A DNA stretch of 64,000 bases, taken from positions 4,544 to 68,543 of IMG/VR virus record IMGVR_UViG_3300043777_000022. One strand, written 5' to 3'. This document shows positions 9,589 through 18,470 of the stretch, one piece after another. A program made the translations under genes and the position numbers. How positions within the stretch are numbered: position 1 is the first letter of the stretch; each line of letters begins with the position of its first letter. The notes beneath the pieces are model-generated. The model searched no databases and was not told where the DNA came from. It saw only the letters and a program-made list of their open reading frames with translations. This stretch comes from a virus.

Positions 9589-9864
9589 TTATCCTACCAA
9601 CTGTTTCATTTCCTCGTCAATATAGGCCTTGATCCCGCGTTCAAGGTCAGTAAGGGGCTTGATCTTTAGCAGGTGGTCGGGCCAACTATGACTTACGCTG
9701 GTGGTAGTGTCTCGCACCCAGCCAAGATAATAGGTTCCGTGTCGATAACCGCCGGGATCTATATATTGGTGATAACTTACCACACTGCCCTCTTCGGGCG
9801 GCCCATTGAGCCATTTCACCCGAGTCCCAAGGGGGTAATCCCTTTGTATTTGTTCCAGCGTCAT
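9589..9864 (-). CDS. C-terminal-tag family member 1 (SH3-like + PLTDLERGIKAYIDEEMKQLVG)
   Basis: YPLGTRVKW start; tag helix. Confidence 0.8.
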   Translation of the reverse strand: MTLEQIQRDYPLGTRVKWLNGPPEEGSVVSYHQYIDPGGYRHGTYYLGWVRDTTTSVSHSWPDHLLKIKPLTDLERGIKAYIDEEMKQLVG

Positions 9865-10136
9865 ATTCCCAACTCCGCCTTCTCCACGCGAATGTAGTCT
9901 ATAATGGACTGCTCGAACTCAGACGAGGGTATATCAATGCGACAATATCGAGGCCAAGCACCGTGTTTTGACCCATCACTAACCTTCGTTAGATAAAGAT
10001 ACCACCTACCATGTCCTGAGAAGCTGCCCCCGAAATCCCCGTAGCCTTCAATAATGTTTACACCATGCCAGTCGCTTACTACCCTAGACCCCAAGGGAAA
10101 AGCTTGCTCCAACTCCTTTCTAGTGTTGGCAATCAT
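9861..10136 (-). CDS. C-terminal-tag family member 2 (...SSEFEQSIIDYIRVEKAELGI)
   Basis: FPLGSRVV; ATGA overlaps at both ends. Confidence 0.8.
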   Translation of the reverse strand: MIANTRKELEQAFPLGSRVVSDWHGVNIIEGYGDFGGSFSGHGRWYLYLTKVSDGSKHGAWPRYCRIDIPSSEFEQSIIDYIRVEKAELGI

Positions 10137-10363
10137 ATTCCCAACTCCGCCTTTGCCTCGGTCACATAGCGGCGAATGTCCTTTTCTAAAGGGGACAGGG
10201 CAACACACGCCGGGGCGTGGTCCTTAATTCCGTCAAGACGGTACACGGTCCGTTTAAAACCCCGATGGACAAATCGCATCTTCTCGCAGTCGCACGTTAG
10301 GCATTTCCGCCACTGAAAGTCCCTAACCCTGGCCTTGCCCCAAGTGTGTCTGAAACTAGGCAT
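10133..10363 (-). CDS. C-terminal-tag family member 3, Cys/His-rich N-domain (...LSPLEKDIRRYVTEAKAELGI)
   Basis: HTW...CLTCDC; tag helix. Confidence 0.75.
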   Translation of the reverse strand: MPSFRHTWGKARVRDFQWRKCLTCDCEKMRFVHRGFKRTVYRLDGIKDHAPACVALSPLEKDIRRYVTEAKAELGI

Positions 10364-10670
10364 CGAGACCCAACTCCCGCTTCTGCGCGGCAATATACTC
10401 TTGGATAGCCAATTCAAGAGGAGAAAGGGGCTTTTCCAATGTGAAGTCGTCGTACCAATACTGATTGACGACCTTATCTGGTCTCAACACCGCCGCATAA
10501 GGGCGACCAGCAGTTGGCGCATATCCAAAGTGGAAGTTATGCCACACGTAATGTTGGATTACAATTGCCCCTATAATAGGGGGTCCTGCTCCGTGGCGAT
10601 CAACCGTCACCCGGCTGCCGACAGGGAATTTGGACTGGGCCTCAGCGACCGTTAGAGGTTGTACAGCCAC
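10356..10670 (-). CDS. C-terminal-tag family member 4 (...PLSPLELAIQEYIAAQKRELGLDA); start uncertain, frame open to 10742
   Basis: FPVGSRVTV; tag helix. Confidence 0.75.
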   Translation of the reverse strand: MAVQPLTVAEAQSKFPVGSRVTVDRHGAGPPIIGAIVIQHYVWHNFHFGYAPTAGRPYAAVLRPDKVVNQYWYDDFTLEKPLSPLELAIQEYIAAQKRELGLDA

Positions 10671-10716
10671 GTCATCATTCCTAGGAACAGGGCCAACAGA
10701 CAGACCACTAACATCA

Positions 10717-10929
10717 TTAATCTTCTCCCATTTTGTAGTCACCCGGTAGCGTGATCTTGTTATTGCGCCGCCGCGTCTGACCAGATTGGTATGCCCACAG
10801 TTCGTTGCGCCACTGCTGCGCCGGGTCGTGTAACGGCTTCGGAAAGGGTTTCATAGTCGGGGCCAGCCGAACCGGCACGGGGGGTGCCAGTTGGTCGAGA
10901 CCTGCGGTGCGGCGCATGCGACGAGACAT
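10717..10929 (-). CDS. Small basic protein, probably leaderless
   Basis: ATG 6 nt after TGCTAGACT. Confidence 0.55.
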   Translation of the reverse strand: MSRRMRRTAGLDQLAPPVPVRLAPTMKPFPKPLHDPAQQWRNELWAYQSGQTRRRNNKITLPGDYKMGED

Positions 10930-10975
10930 GTTAGCAGTCTAGCACGCGCGGGAGGAGAGAGGGAGTGTGGCTCGA

Positions 10976-11611
10976 TCAGAGCAGATCATCCCTATATTCC
11001 AATTCGGCCAAACAGACGAAACGCGTACCACGCAAAGTGTGGTCAAAACTATGGTGATGATGCCCAAACACCCACAGTGTCGGAGAGTGCGCCGACCACA
11101 TGTGTTGTAGCGCCTGACAAGTCCTGGATTGCAATTTGGCGAAGGGACCGCCAGCTATATATTGGGATAGCAACAATTCCCCTACCTCGTTGGGACAATC
11201 GTGCGTAATCATGACGCGCGGCTTAGCCCCAACATACTTGTCTACTAAGGCGTTAAGTTCAGGTATCGACAATTCCTCGTCTTCCCACCAAGAATAATCA
11301 GGCACCCGCCATTCCTTGTCTATAGAAATAGCGCCGCCGATGAACATAACATTGTCGTCGATTAGACCGTCCGCGATCCACTGGGAATGCTTCCGACATT
11401 CTCCGGGGTTGTCATGATTGCCCCGGATGAACCGGGCATAATTCTTGACCATTACGGCATGAGGGGGGTTCTCAGTAAATTCCCCTGCGCGATACCCCGA
11501 TATACGTCTAAACCCCACCCCCATGTCTCCGACTTGTATCGAAGGGGGACCGTCCTCAATTATGCGTTTATACTGGGTGTACTTCCCATGAACATCGCCT
11601 ATGAGCCGCAT
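10976..11611 (-). CDS. Calcineurin-like metallophosphoesterase
   Basis: GDVHG, GD, RGNHD, THDCP, FGHHH motifs. Confidence 0.9.
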   Translation of the reverse strand: MRLIGDVHGKYTQYKRIIEDGPPSIQVGDMGVGFRRISGYRAGEFTENPPHAVMVKNYARFIRGNHDNPGECRKHSQWIADGLIDDNVMFIGGAISIDKEWRVPDYSWWEDEELSIPELNALVDKYVGAKPRVMITHDCPNEVGELLLSQYIAGGPFAKLQSRTCQALQHMWSAHSPTLWVFGHHHHSFDHTLRGTRFVCLAELEYRDDLL

Positions 11612-11625
11612 TTTCCACTCTTATG

Positions 11626-12117
11626 TTATTCCGGTGCCCCGTTCGTGATCTGGCCCAACGTGGCGGTAAGGTCGGCGGTCTCGGCCTCGATTTGCTTCAC
11701 GATGGTCGAGGCCTGATCGGCCTTGGCGTTGAGTTCGGTTACTGCCGCGTTCATATCCGAACCCGCCTTGTTCAGCTTGTTCTTGACGTCGGCCAGGGCC
11801 GTCTTGAATTGGTTGCCGAGAAATCCGGCCCCAGTAATGTTGCTCATTCTCCGCTCCTGTTTGATATCGGAAACGATATCGGTTAATTTGGTGTCGAACT
11901 GTGCCAAGCCAACCAAGGTCGTCGTTGGGGCGGCCTTAGTCGTAATGGGTTGCGCCGTGATCGTGCCGTCATTGTGACGCTGGACCACGACCACTTCATT
12001 GCTCAGTCGTAGCCGATCAATCGCGGCTACGATTTTGGATTTAGGGGTCGTGTTGAGGTCAAATGTGGTCGGCACAACGATTTCGAATCCATCTGATGAC
12101 AGACGCGAGAGTACCAT
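11626..12117 (-). CDS. Coiled-coil protein; start uncertain (internal SD before MSNITG)
   Basis: Heptad-rich C-terminus. Confidence 0.45.
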   Translation of the reverse strand: MVLSRLSSDGFEIVVPTTFDLNTTPKSKIVAAIDRLRLSNEVVVVQRHNDGTITAQPITTKAAPTTTLVGLAQFDTKLTDIVSDIKQERRMSNITGAGFLGNQFKTALADVKNKLNKAGSDMNAAVTELNAKADQASTIVKQIEAETADLTATLGQITNGAPE

Positions 12118-12190
12118 AAGTCGGCAAAGTTGCGCAATTTGTGTTTCACCGGAGCGTGACAAACGAGGACGGCGGCGAGCAGAACGTATT

Positions 12191-12466
12191 TCATAGGCCA
12201 AATTCCTTCTTCTCAGCGGCAATGTAGGCCGCAATCAGTTCTTCGAAAGGGGTAAGAGGAACCTCCAGACGGCCCCACTCATTATAAAACCCCGCATAAC
12301 CACCCCACTCCCCTTTGTTATTACGTCTATCGTCAACCGCCATGTTGAAAGCACTATAGTCCGCAGACACCACGGTTCCCCGTACGCCATTCCATACCTC
12401 TTTCATACAAACGCTTTCAAGACTTGGAACAACTATGACAACTCGGTCTCCCTTCTTGAATTTCAT
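12191..12466 (-). CDS. C-terminal-tag family member 5 (MKFKKGDRVV...PLTPFEELIAAYIAAEKKEFGL)
   Basis: KOW-like start; tag helix. Confidence 0.85.
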   Translation of the reverse strand: MKFKKGDRVVIVVPSLESVCMKEVWNGVRGTVVSADYSAFNMAVDDRRNNKGEWGGYAGFYNEWGRLEVPLTPFEELIAAYIAAEKKEFGL

Positions 12467-12729
12467 ATCCCCAACTCCGCCTTTTGGGCCTCGACATAAG
12501 TGACGATCAACTCCTCCAGGGCGGAGAGGGGCTTGTCGGGGCGCAGCCAATCTTCGGACCAGTAAGTAATCCCCCCTGTCCCCCAGCCTTCTACGGCGGA
12601 CAATAATTGAGTACGATACTCGCTGCCGCCTACCTCAAGCACCCGCACCCTTATCCCTCTCCAGGGTTCGGCGTGCCTTTCATTGGGCGGGGGGCTGATC
12701 ACGACTACCTCGCCAATTCTGTATTTCAT
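12463..12729 (-). CDS. C-terminal-tag family member 6 (MKYRIGEVV...PLSALEELIVTYVEAQKAELGI)
   Basis: KOW-like start; tag helix. Confidence 0.85.
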   Translation of the reverse strand: MKYRIGEVVVISPPPNERHAEPWRGIRVRVLEVGGSEYRTQLLSAVEGWGTGGITYWSEDWLRPDKPLSALEELIVTYVEAQKAELGI

Positions 12730-13014
12730 GATATCCCCAATTCCTTAAATGGGGCGCGCACGTAGGTCTGAATGTCGGCCTCCAAAGGGGTGGTCGCGAT
12801 GGGGGTGCAGGAACTTAATACTGAAATGACAATCGAGGCCGTCGCCCATCCCCTCCCAATAATCCACCTTTTTATCCAACCGGACATGCACGAAGTCACT
12901 GCTGTCGCATCTAACGACAGTAAATGTCATCCGCTCCCACCGGGTGGCGTAGTGGTTACTACTCTCGTCGGGGGTAGTTACAAATACTACCCGCTGCCCC
13001 TTGGCAAATTTCAT
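12726..13014 (-). pseudogene. C-terminal-tag family member 7, frameshifted
   Basis: MKFAKGQRVV frame; tag TPLEADIQTYVRAPFKELGIS lies in the +1 frame after the C5 run at 12801-12805. Confidence 0.75.
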
Positions 13015-13228
13015 CCCGAACATTCCTCGTAGGCTTCAACCAAATTGGTCGCTAGCGCCGCCGTCTCCGCCGCCCACCGGGCGATGTTCGTGTAGCACTC
13101 AACGAGTTTGAGGCGCTCCGCCGCGATCAAGTCCATTTTGGTGGCCAGTTGGGTTGCGTCTTGTTCCATATAGTCCTCCTATGGTCGCGACCAGGATACC
13201 ACAGGGGGAGCGGCAGGGTAGGGGCACT

Positions 13229-13509
13229 CTAGGGGAGCAGGCCTAGCGAACGCTTCTCGGAGTCTATATAAGCAATCAGGTCGGCCTCAAAAGGAGTAAG
13301 AGGGTCAGCTTTTTCCAGCCAATCCGCCGAAGTGTGGCACCATTCCATGTGCCAGAAATCAGGCTTTCTATCGAGGCGTACAGCGTTCTTAAGCCCCTCC
13401 TTCTCAATAATCACCCCATAACACCCCGCCACTCTTCATTCTCCCCGCGAGGGGGTACAAACCTGACCCTTGTACCAACGGGATATTTGTTGTGGTCCCC
13501 TCGGCTCAT
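13229..13509 (-). pseudogene. C-terminal-tag family member 8, frameshifted
   Basis: MSRGDHNKYPVGTRVRFV...EEWRG stops at 13411-13413; remainder (GCYGVIIEK...PLTPFEADLIAYIDSEKRSLGL) is in the -1 frame. Confidence 0.75.
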
Positions 13510-13778
13510 GACACCCCCAACTGGGCCATTTCGGCTTTGACGTAAGCGGCTATGGCCTGTTCAAGCTTGGAGAGGGGCTTGGCGGGCTTGACCCAACTGG
13601 CCGTACATATAACAAAGGAGTAGCCCCAGCCGGGGGGCTTAGTGTCCAAATCAATTCTGACATACTTCGTTGGACATTGCTCCGAAGCCACGATTCCTCT
13701 AATACCAGCCCATTCACCGTGTTGCGCGGCCTCGCGACCGACGGGGTTGATGATTACTTTGGTACCGGACTTCAGCAT
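13506..13778 (-). CDS. C-terminal-tag family member 9 (...PLSKLEQAIAAYVKAEMAQLGVS)
   Basis: SD AGGAG; LKSGTKVII; tag helix. Confidence 0.85.
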   Translation of the reverse strand: MLKSGTKVIINPVGREAAQHGEWAGIRGIVASEQCPTKYVRIDLDTKPPGWGYSFVICTASWVKPAKPLSKLEQAIAAYVKAEMAQLGVS

Positions 13779-14129
13779 TACCACTCCTATAGACGAACCA
13801 CCGGGCTATCCGTCCCTTGACCCGGGGTTCTCTCGGCTCCTGGCAGGCCATTCGACCCGCTTCGTCAGCCGGACAGTCGCGGTTCCAGGGACCACTTTGG
13901 GGGCACGGCCACGACGCAGCAGCGTAGCACGCGGGAGAGGGTAGGAGGGATGGGCGTTCGCTACGAGCGGCTCGGATTGAGCAACAATATAATTAATATA
14001 GCAATGAAAAGCGCGGTGAAGAGTGACATAGTGTACCTCCAATAAGGAGTATAACACATACTGAACGGCCCCGGCAGTTTCCCACCGGGGCCAACGACTC
14101 AGGGTTGGGCTGGGTCGTTTGCAGCAGGA

Positions 14130-14315
14130 TTATCCCTGCTGTTTGTTGCCTCCGCCGTTGCCGTATTTGGTGCAGAATTGCTGCAGGGGTTCCACGGCGG
14201 CGTCCCACGCCTCGCGAATGTTGTGGGCGTTGGTGGGCTGGGCCTTGACAAGGTCATCGACATTGACCCCAAGCACCTTCTGGATGCCCTGGGTCTGCTG
14301 TTGATTCAACTGCAT
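14130..14315 (-). CDS. Small Gln-rich protein
   Basis: SD AGGAG; upstream TGATATGCT promoter-like site. Confidence 0.65.
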   Translation of the reverse strand: MQLNQQQTQGIQKVLGVNVDDLVKAQPTNAHNIREAWDAAVEPLQQFCTKYGNGGGNKQQG

Positions 14316-14405
14316 GAAAGTCTCCTATGTTGTGGTAGAGGCTCCTCACACGACCAGCATATCACAGGGAGGGGGAGGGACCCATGCGACACGGTGTCAC
14401 ATAGG

Positions 14406-14879
14406 CTACTTGACCCTGACACTCACTATTTTAACGTCTGGATTGCGTGGGTGGGTTTCCTCCCCAAGTCGTTCAAATTTCGCCCCTCTAGCTAAAATAT
14501 GTTCGCGAGGGTCCATAGACTCAGGGTATGGCTTCATTGAAGTCCCCTTAGTACCCTTCGGGACGTGAATTTTATAAATAGTGCCCTTACTGTCCTTACC
14601 CGCCTCTGCGGGAAGGTAATCATACGCCACTTCGGGGTCTTCGTGAGCAGAAGTATAGGCCTTCTCTGTTGACCCATGCTTAATAGTGTCTTTAGGCTGC
14701 GCTCGATAGAGAGTGGTGTCCTTCTTATAGGGCTTCATATGCTTGTCTAAATCAGACACGAATCCTTTGTCCCCCTCTGAGAGTTTGCCCTTCCGCAACG
14801 CGGGGTTAACGTCCCAGGATCGGGATTGATATTCAGAGGGAGGGGCCGGAGGACCCGAGCGCCAAGCGAATTTGGACAT
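14406..14879 (-). CDS. ADP-ribosyltransferase, VIP2/Alt-like (R-S-E class)
   Basis: VNPALR, TLYRA, AYTSA, IYKIHVPKGTKG, REHILARGAKF. Confidence 0.8.
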   Translation of the reverse strand: MSKFAWRSGPPAPPSEYQSRSWDVNPALRKGKLSEGDKGFVSDLDKHMKPYKKDTTLYRAQPKDTIKHGSTEKAYTSAHEDPEVAYDYLPAEAGKDSKGTIYKIHVPKGTKGTSMKPYPESMDPREHILARGAKFERLGEETHPRNPDVKIVSVRVK

Positions 14880-14890
14880 GGTATCACATA

Positions 14891-15241
14891 CTAGCGTAAT
14901 TTAAACTTTACCGGGGTTCCGGAAGGACCACCAGCTTCTTCGAATTCATCATCGCTCATTCCTGCAAACCGCGCCCCGCTTGTACGTTTCGTGGTTACGG
15001 TCTTAACGTTAGGATAGGTATTACGCAAATGCTCCGCCATGGCCCTAACGTGCTTAGGACCAATTACATTAGGTTGGTCCTCCCCCGAGGACCCTTTCGG
15101 CTTAGCCCCCATATACACTACATTTAAATTTTTATTCTTAGGAGGGTGTGCAATCAAGTGGCCTTCTACGTCGTCGGATTCGAAATCCACGACATGCCTG
15201 CCAACACTATCCACACTATTACGAAAGGCGAACTTAGACAT
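14891..15241 (-). CDS. Hypothetical protein, N-terminus MSKFAFRN, probably leaderless
   Basis: ATG 6 nt after TGCTATACT. Confidence 0.7.
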   Translation of the reverse strand: MSKFAFRNSVDSVGRHVVDFESDDVEGHLIAHPPKNKNLNVVYMGAKPKGSSGEDQPNVIGPKHVRAMAEHLRNTYPNVKTVTTKRTSGARFAGMSDDEFEEAGGPSGTPVKFKLR

Positions 15242-15446
15242 ATGACAAGTATAGCATAGGGGAGGGACCCGCGCCAGATAGTTCGATACGAGAGAAGTTC
15301 GGGGACCCTGTCCTGGGTCCTTTGCTTCCCATTTCGTTTCAATTCTCTTCCCGGCCAGTTCCAGGGGACCCTCCGTTTCGTGTCCCGTTTCCGGTTCCAG
15401 GCGGGGAGCGGCACGCGCCACCCAGCCCGAAACGGAAACCGAGCGA

Positions 15447-15620
15447 TCAGTCCTCCCCCTTCAGCTTCCTGATCGCAGAACGCAGCAGCTTGTTGATTGG
15501 CTGATCTTCCCCGCCGTCCGCGTATTCCGCCGCTTCGATCAGCGCCCCGATTTCGTCCATGTCGAGGGCCAACAGGTTTGGCCGCTTGTTGAGTGGAACT
15601 TGGTACAGTTGCTTCGCCAT
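15447..15620 (-). CDS. Small protein MAKQLYQVPLNKRPNLL...
   Basis: 57-aa ORF read by hand; SD GGAG. Confidence 0.6.
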   Translation of the reverse strand: MAKQLYQVPLNKRPNLLALDMDEIGALIEAAEYADGGEDQPINKLLRSAIRKLKGED

Positions 15621-16063
15621 CGTCAGTCTCCAATGTTGCTGGCCTCTTTCAGCCAGTCACACATTAAACCACAGCCCGCGCCGCGTGTCCACCCACTTCG
15701 CTGCATGGTCGATCTGCGTTCGGCTCATGTTTCTGGTTCGGGCTGGACGCGCCGCGTGGCACGCTTCTTGCAGACGGAAACCGAACCGGAGACGTGACAG
15801 GCAGCCCGGAGGCCAATGTCAACTGCGAGTTGAAACGCAACGCGGGACGCAACCAAAAGTGGGTCGATAAACGCGACCCGCAGCCCGAATCACAAGCGAA
15901 ATGACCGCTTAACAGATAGGTAAGTGATACTGACCTATTTGGAACCCAAAACGCGGCTTTATGGCTGATCAAAGCGGCTTATACAACCGACAATGAGTAA
16001 CGACTTGTCACTACGTCCGGGAGTGAGGGGGGATGCCGTCAAACCGCGTCCCGTCGTGCTTCG

Positions 16064-16114
16064 TCTCCTCTCTCTCCTCTCTCTCTAAAAAAAGAAAAAG
16101 AAGGAAAGACAGAG
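16064..16114. repeat. CT-rich tract followed by A/G-rich tract in the divergent intergenic region
   Basis: ctcctctctctcctctctctct-aaaaaaagaaaaagaaggaaagacagag. Confidence 0.6.
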
Positions 16115-16317
16115 CGGCGACACCCCGCTGAAGGGACGGGGCGGACGCTGCGCTTTTAGGGGGGGTTAAGTCGTGATAGTGGCCTTAACCCGCGTCAGAC
16201 GGGCATTCGTGTGTCACCCCATCATTGGGACAGGTCGAGATAGTCGTGACACTCCACCCGAACGAGGCTAGACCCCTCCCCCGCCTTGTGCTGTCCTGCG
16301 ACCAGGAGGGATTAGTC

Positions 16318-16644
16318 ATGGCGTTCGTTCCAGGTTCCGTGATCGAGTGTGTCAACCACAAGGATGTGATCCTAACCAAAGGCAAGCACTATGAGGTGTT
16401 GGGCCAGTGCGGCTGGCAGGTCGGCGTCCTCAACGACCGCAAGCAACCACAGTTTTACGACGAGGCGCGGTTCAAGCTAGTTCGACCGGCCAAGTCGCCC
16501 GCCGTGGATAGTTCGGCGCTGGTCGTGTTGTGCGACGCAGCAGAGAAGCTGATCGCGGCGTTGCGCGATTCGGGCGCGGTTGTCCAATCCCTGGTCGATC
16601 AGGTCGCCCACCTGGAACAGGTGATAGCCTTTGCCCGGTCCTAA
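16318..16644 (+). CDS. SH3-like small protein (LTKGKHYEV...ND...YD..RF)
   Basis: SD GGAGG; similar to 19722-19901. Confidence 0.7.
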   Translation: MAFVPGSVIECVNHKDVILTKGKHYEVLGQCGWQVGVLNDRKQPQFYDEARFKLVRPAKSPAVDSSALVVLCDAAEKLIAALRDSGAVVQSLVDQVAHLEQVIAFARS

Positions 16645-16943
16645 CGTGTTGCTCCTATGTTGCCGTGGTCGATCCCACGGTCCCCAACGATAACACGCCG
16701 CGCGGCCTAAGTCCACCCACGCCGTGACATGGTGACCCCGCGTCCCGCGCATGTCGTCGTGGCACAAGTCTTGCTACGCGCGCATGCCCGCGTACTAAAA
16801 AGTCGCCATTGCAGCCATGCGTCCCGCGCATACCCACCCTGCGTCAGACCCTATAGCGCCGCTTCGTCAGCCGTGCTTTAATTCAGTCACGGTCGGGGAT
16901 CGACCGGAAACGGGCCAAGCGCCCCTCACATAGGAGAACGACC

Positions 16944-17543
16944 ATGTTGCGAACTCACCTCATGCTGACCACGGCGATCTGCCGTGCAGCCGAAGCCGGG
17001 ACCGGCGCGGACGACCTGCCGCTCACCGATCCGCGTCATCCACTCCACCGCGCGGACGTAGTCAAGACCGAGACCCCGGCTGCCCCCAAGGCGAAGGCGT
17101 CCGGCGTGACCCGCAAGGCCAAGGAGGCGAAAGCCCCCAAGACCAAGAAGGCCACGGCTTCGGCGAAGAAGCCGCACGAACCCTCCAAGATCGTGTCCAC
17201 CGAGGACAATCCGTCCAAGTCAATCGTGCCGGGCAAGTTCAAGGTCCTGTACGCGGCGCACGGCGGTACGAACGGCGATAACGTGGCGGTCGCCCTCAAG
17301 GCGGCGGAGACTATCAACTCCGAAGGTCGCCCCTCGCTCGATTGGGACACCATGCTGACCATCGCAAAGGCCAACGATATCGACCTGTCGGCCTACGCGC
17401 ACCTCAACCCCGGTCAGAAGCGCATGAACCTCGGCAACAAGCTGCGGGGCATGGTCAAGTCCGGCAAGACGGTCGTGATCGGCAAGAAGCGGATCGCCAC
17501 GCTCAAGGCGGCGGACGCTGTCGAGCAGAAGGCTGCGGCCTAA
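16944..17543 (+). CDS. Lys/Ala-rich protein with LNPGQKRMNLGNKLR domain
   Basis: SD AGGAG; paralog at 29757-30407. Confidence 0.8.
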   Translation: MLRTHLMLTTAICRAAEAGTGADDLPLTDPRHPLHRADVVKTETPAAPKAKASGVTRKAKEAKAPKTKKATASAKKPHEPSKIVSTEDNPSKSIVPGKFKVLYAAHGGTNGDNVAVALKAAETINSEGRPSLDWDTMLTIAKANDIDLSAYAHLNPGQKRMNLGNKLRGMVKSGKTVVIGKKRIATLKAADAVEQKAAA

Positions 17544-17553
17544 CGCGCGACAA

Positions 17554-17587
17554 GCTAGCTGCCCTGGTTCACGCCGGGGCAGTTGGC
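17554..17587 (+). other. 14-bp RNA hairpin with 3 G-U pairs
   Basis: GCTAGCTGCCCTGG-TTCACG-CCGGGGCAGTTGGC. Confidence 0.55.
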
Positions 17588-17620
17588 GTGTCACGGTTGG
17601 CACGAGACCAGGAGGACGCT

Positions 17621-17884
17621 GTGGCAAAGAATGACCCATGGGAGTTTGTGGTGGAGGGCGCAGGTCGCTTCCCACTCGACATGCTCCGTTACGACGCGTG
17701 CTACCCAATGCGTGGGGAGGACGTGGACGGTATGGACCCGGAGAATCGGGACCGACGACAGGTCCACTTGCGCTCCCGCGTCGCGGGTCCAACGATCAAG
17801 CGTTGGGAGTCGTTCCTGTGGAGCGTGGTCCAAATCCGCGACAACTACGGCCGCGTGATCCACGACACCAGGAGGGCTGCTTAA
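17621..17884 (+). CDS. Hypothetical protein (FPLDMLRYD...PT..RWESF.W)
   Basis: SD GGAGG, GTG start. Confidence 0.75.
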   Translation: MAKNDPWEFVVEGAGRFPLDMLRYDACYPMRGEDVDGMDPENRDRRQVHLRSRVAGPTIKRWESFLWSVVQIRDNYGRVIHDTRRAA

Positions 17885-17986
17885 GGTCGAAACCTAGGGA
17901 GGGCAACGCCGTGGTCAACTTGCGGGTGCAAGCAAGCCACGGCCCCTCCCGACGGTCCACCGGTAGAGGCCGGTGCTGACGAGACC
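17885..17986 (+). ncRNA. Type II hammerhead ribozyme
   Basis: GGTC-GAAA-[stem III]-GTC^-CACCGG/CCGGTG-CTGACGA-GACC; all core nucleotides and three helices present. Confidence 0.85.
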
Positions 17987-18005
17987 AGGAACATAGGGGA
18001 TAAAC

Positions 18006-18173
18006 ATGGCTAAGCTGAAATCGCTAGCCCAACTGAAAGACGAGTTGGATCGCGGCGAACTCAAGGTAACGGTGTGGTCCGGTTATCCGGACCCCCGCGA
18101 TCCAGACAACTATTGGATCGACGATGAAACCGGCGAACGCCGTAAGGCACCCAACGGCGAGAGGGTGTCATGA
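18006..18173 (+). CDS. Small protein MAKLKSLAQLKDELDRGE...
   Basis: 55-aa ORF read by hand; ATGA-coupled to next gene. Confidence 0.6.
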   Translation: MAKLKSLAQLKDELDRGELKVTVWSGYPDPRDPDNYWIDDETGERRKAPNGERVS

Positions 18174-18469
18174 CCCACACCAACAACGTTGCGCCGCTTC
18201 TCCGCGTCCCGGTCCTTGACCATCAAGTGACCGATGCCACTTTCGCGGGGTATCACAGGTTCCGTGTCGAGCCGTGCGATTGGATCGACGGAAGGCCGGT
18301 GGACTACGGGTCGTTCGAGGTGTTTCACCATGATGCGTGCGGCCACGAGGGTTGCGATGGTCCTGGCTGGTATTGGTGGCCGTGTTTTCCCGGCTGCCTG
18401 CCGGACGGCGACCCGTCTGGACCCTTCCCCACGGCCGAAGGTGCTTACCTCGACGCAATAGGAGACTGA
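18170..18469 (+). CDS. Hypothetical protein (GWYWWPCFPGCLPDGDPSGPF)
   Basis: Coupled ORF. Confidence 0.7.
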   Translation: MTHTNNVAPLLRVPVLDHQVTDATFAGYHRFRVEPCDWIDGRPVDYGSFEVFHHDACGHEGCDGPGWYWWPCFPGCLPDGDPSGPFPTAEGAYLDAIGD

Positions 18470-18470
18470 C

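Noticed and set aside
13850-13875. Second hammerhead at minus-strand CTGACGA (also near 16865)
   Set aside because: No properly placed GAAA, stem II or cleavage triplet
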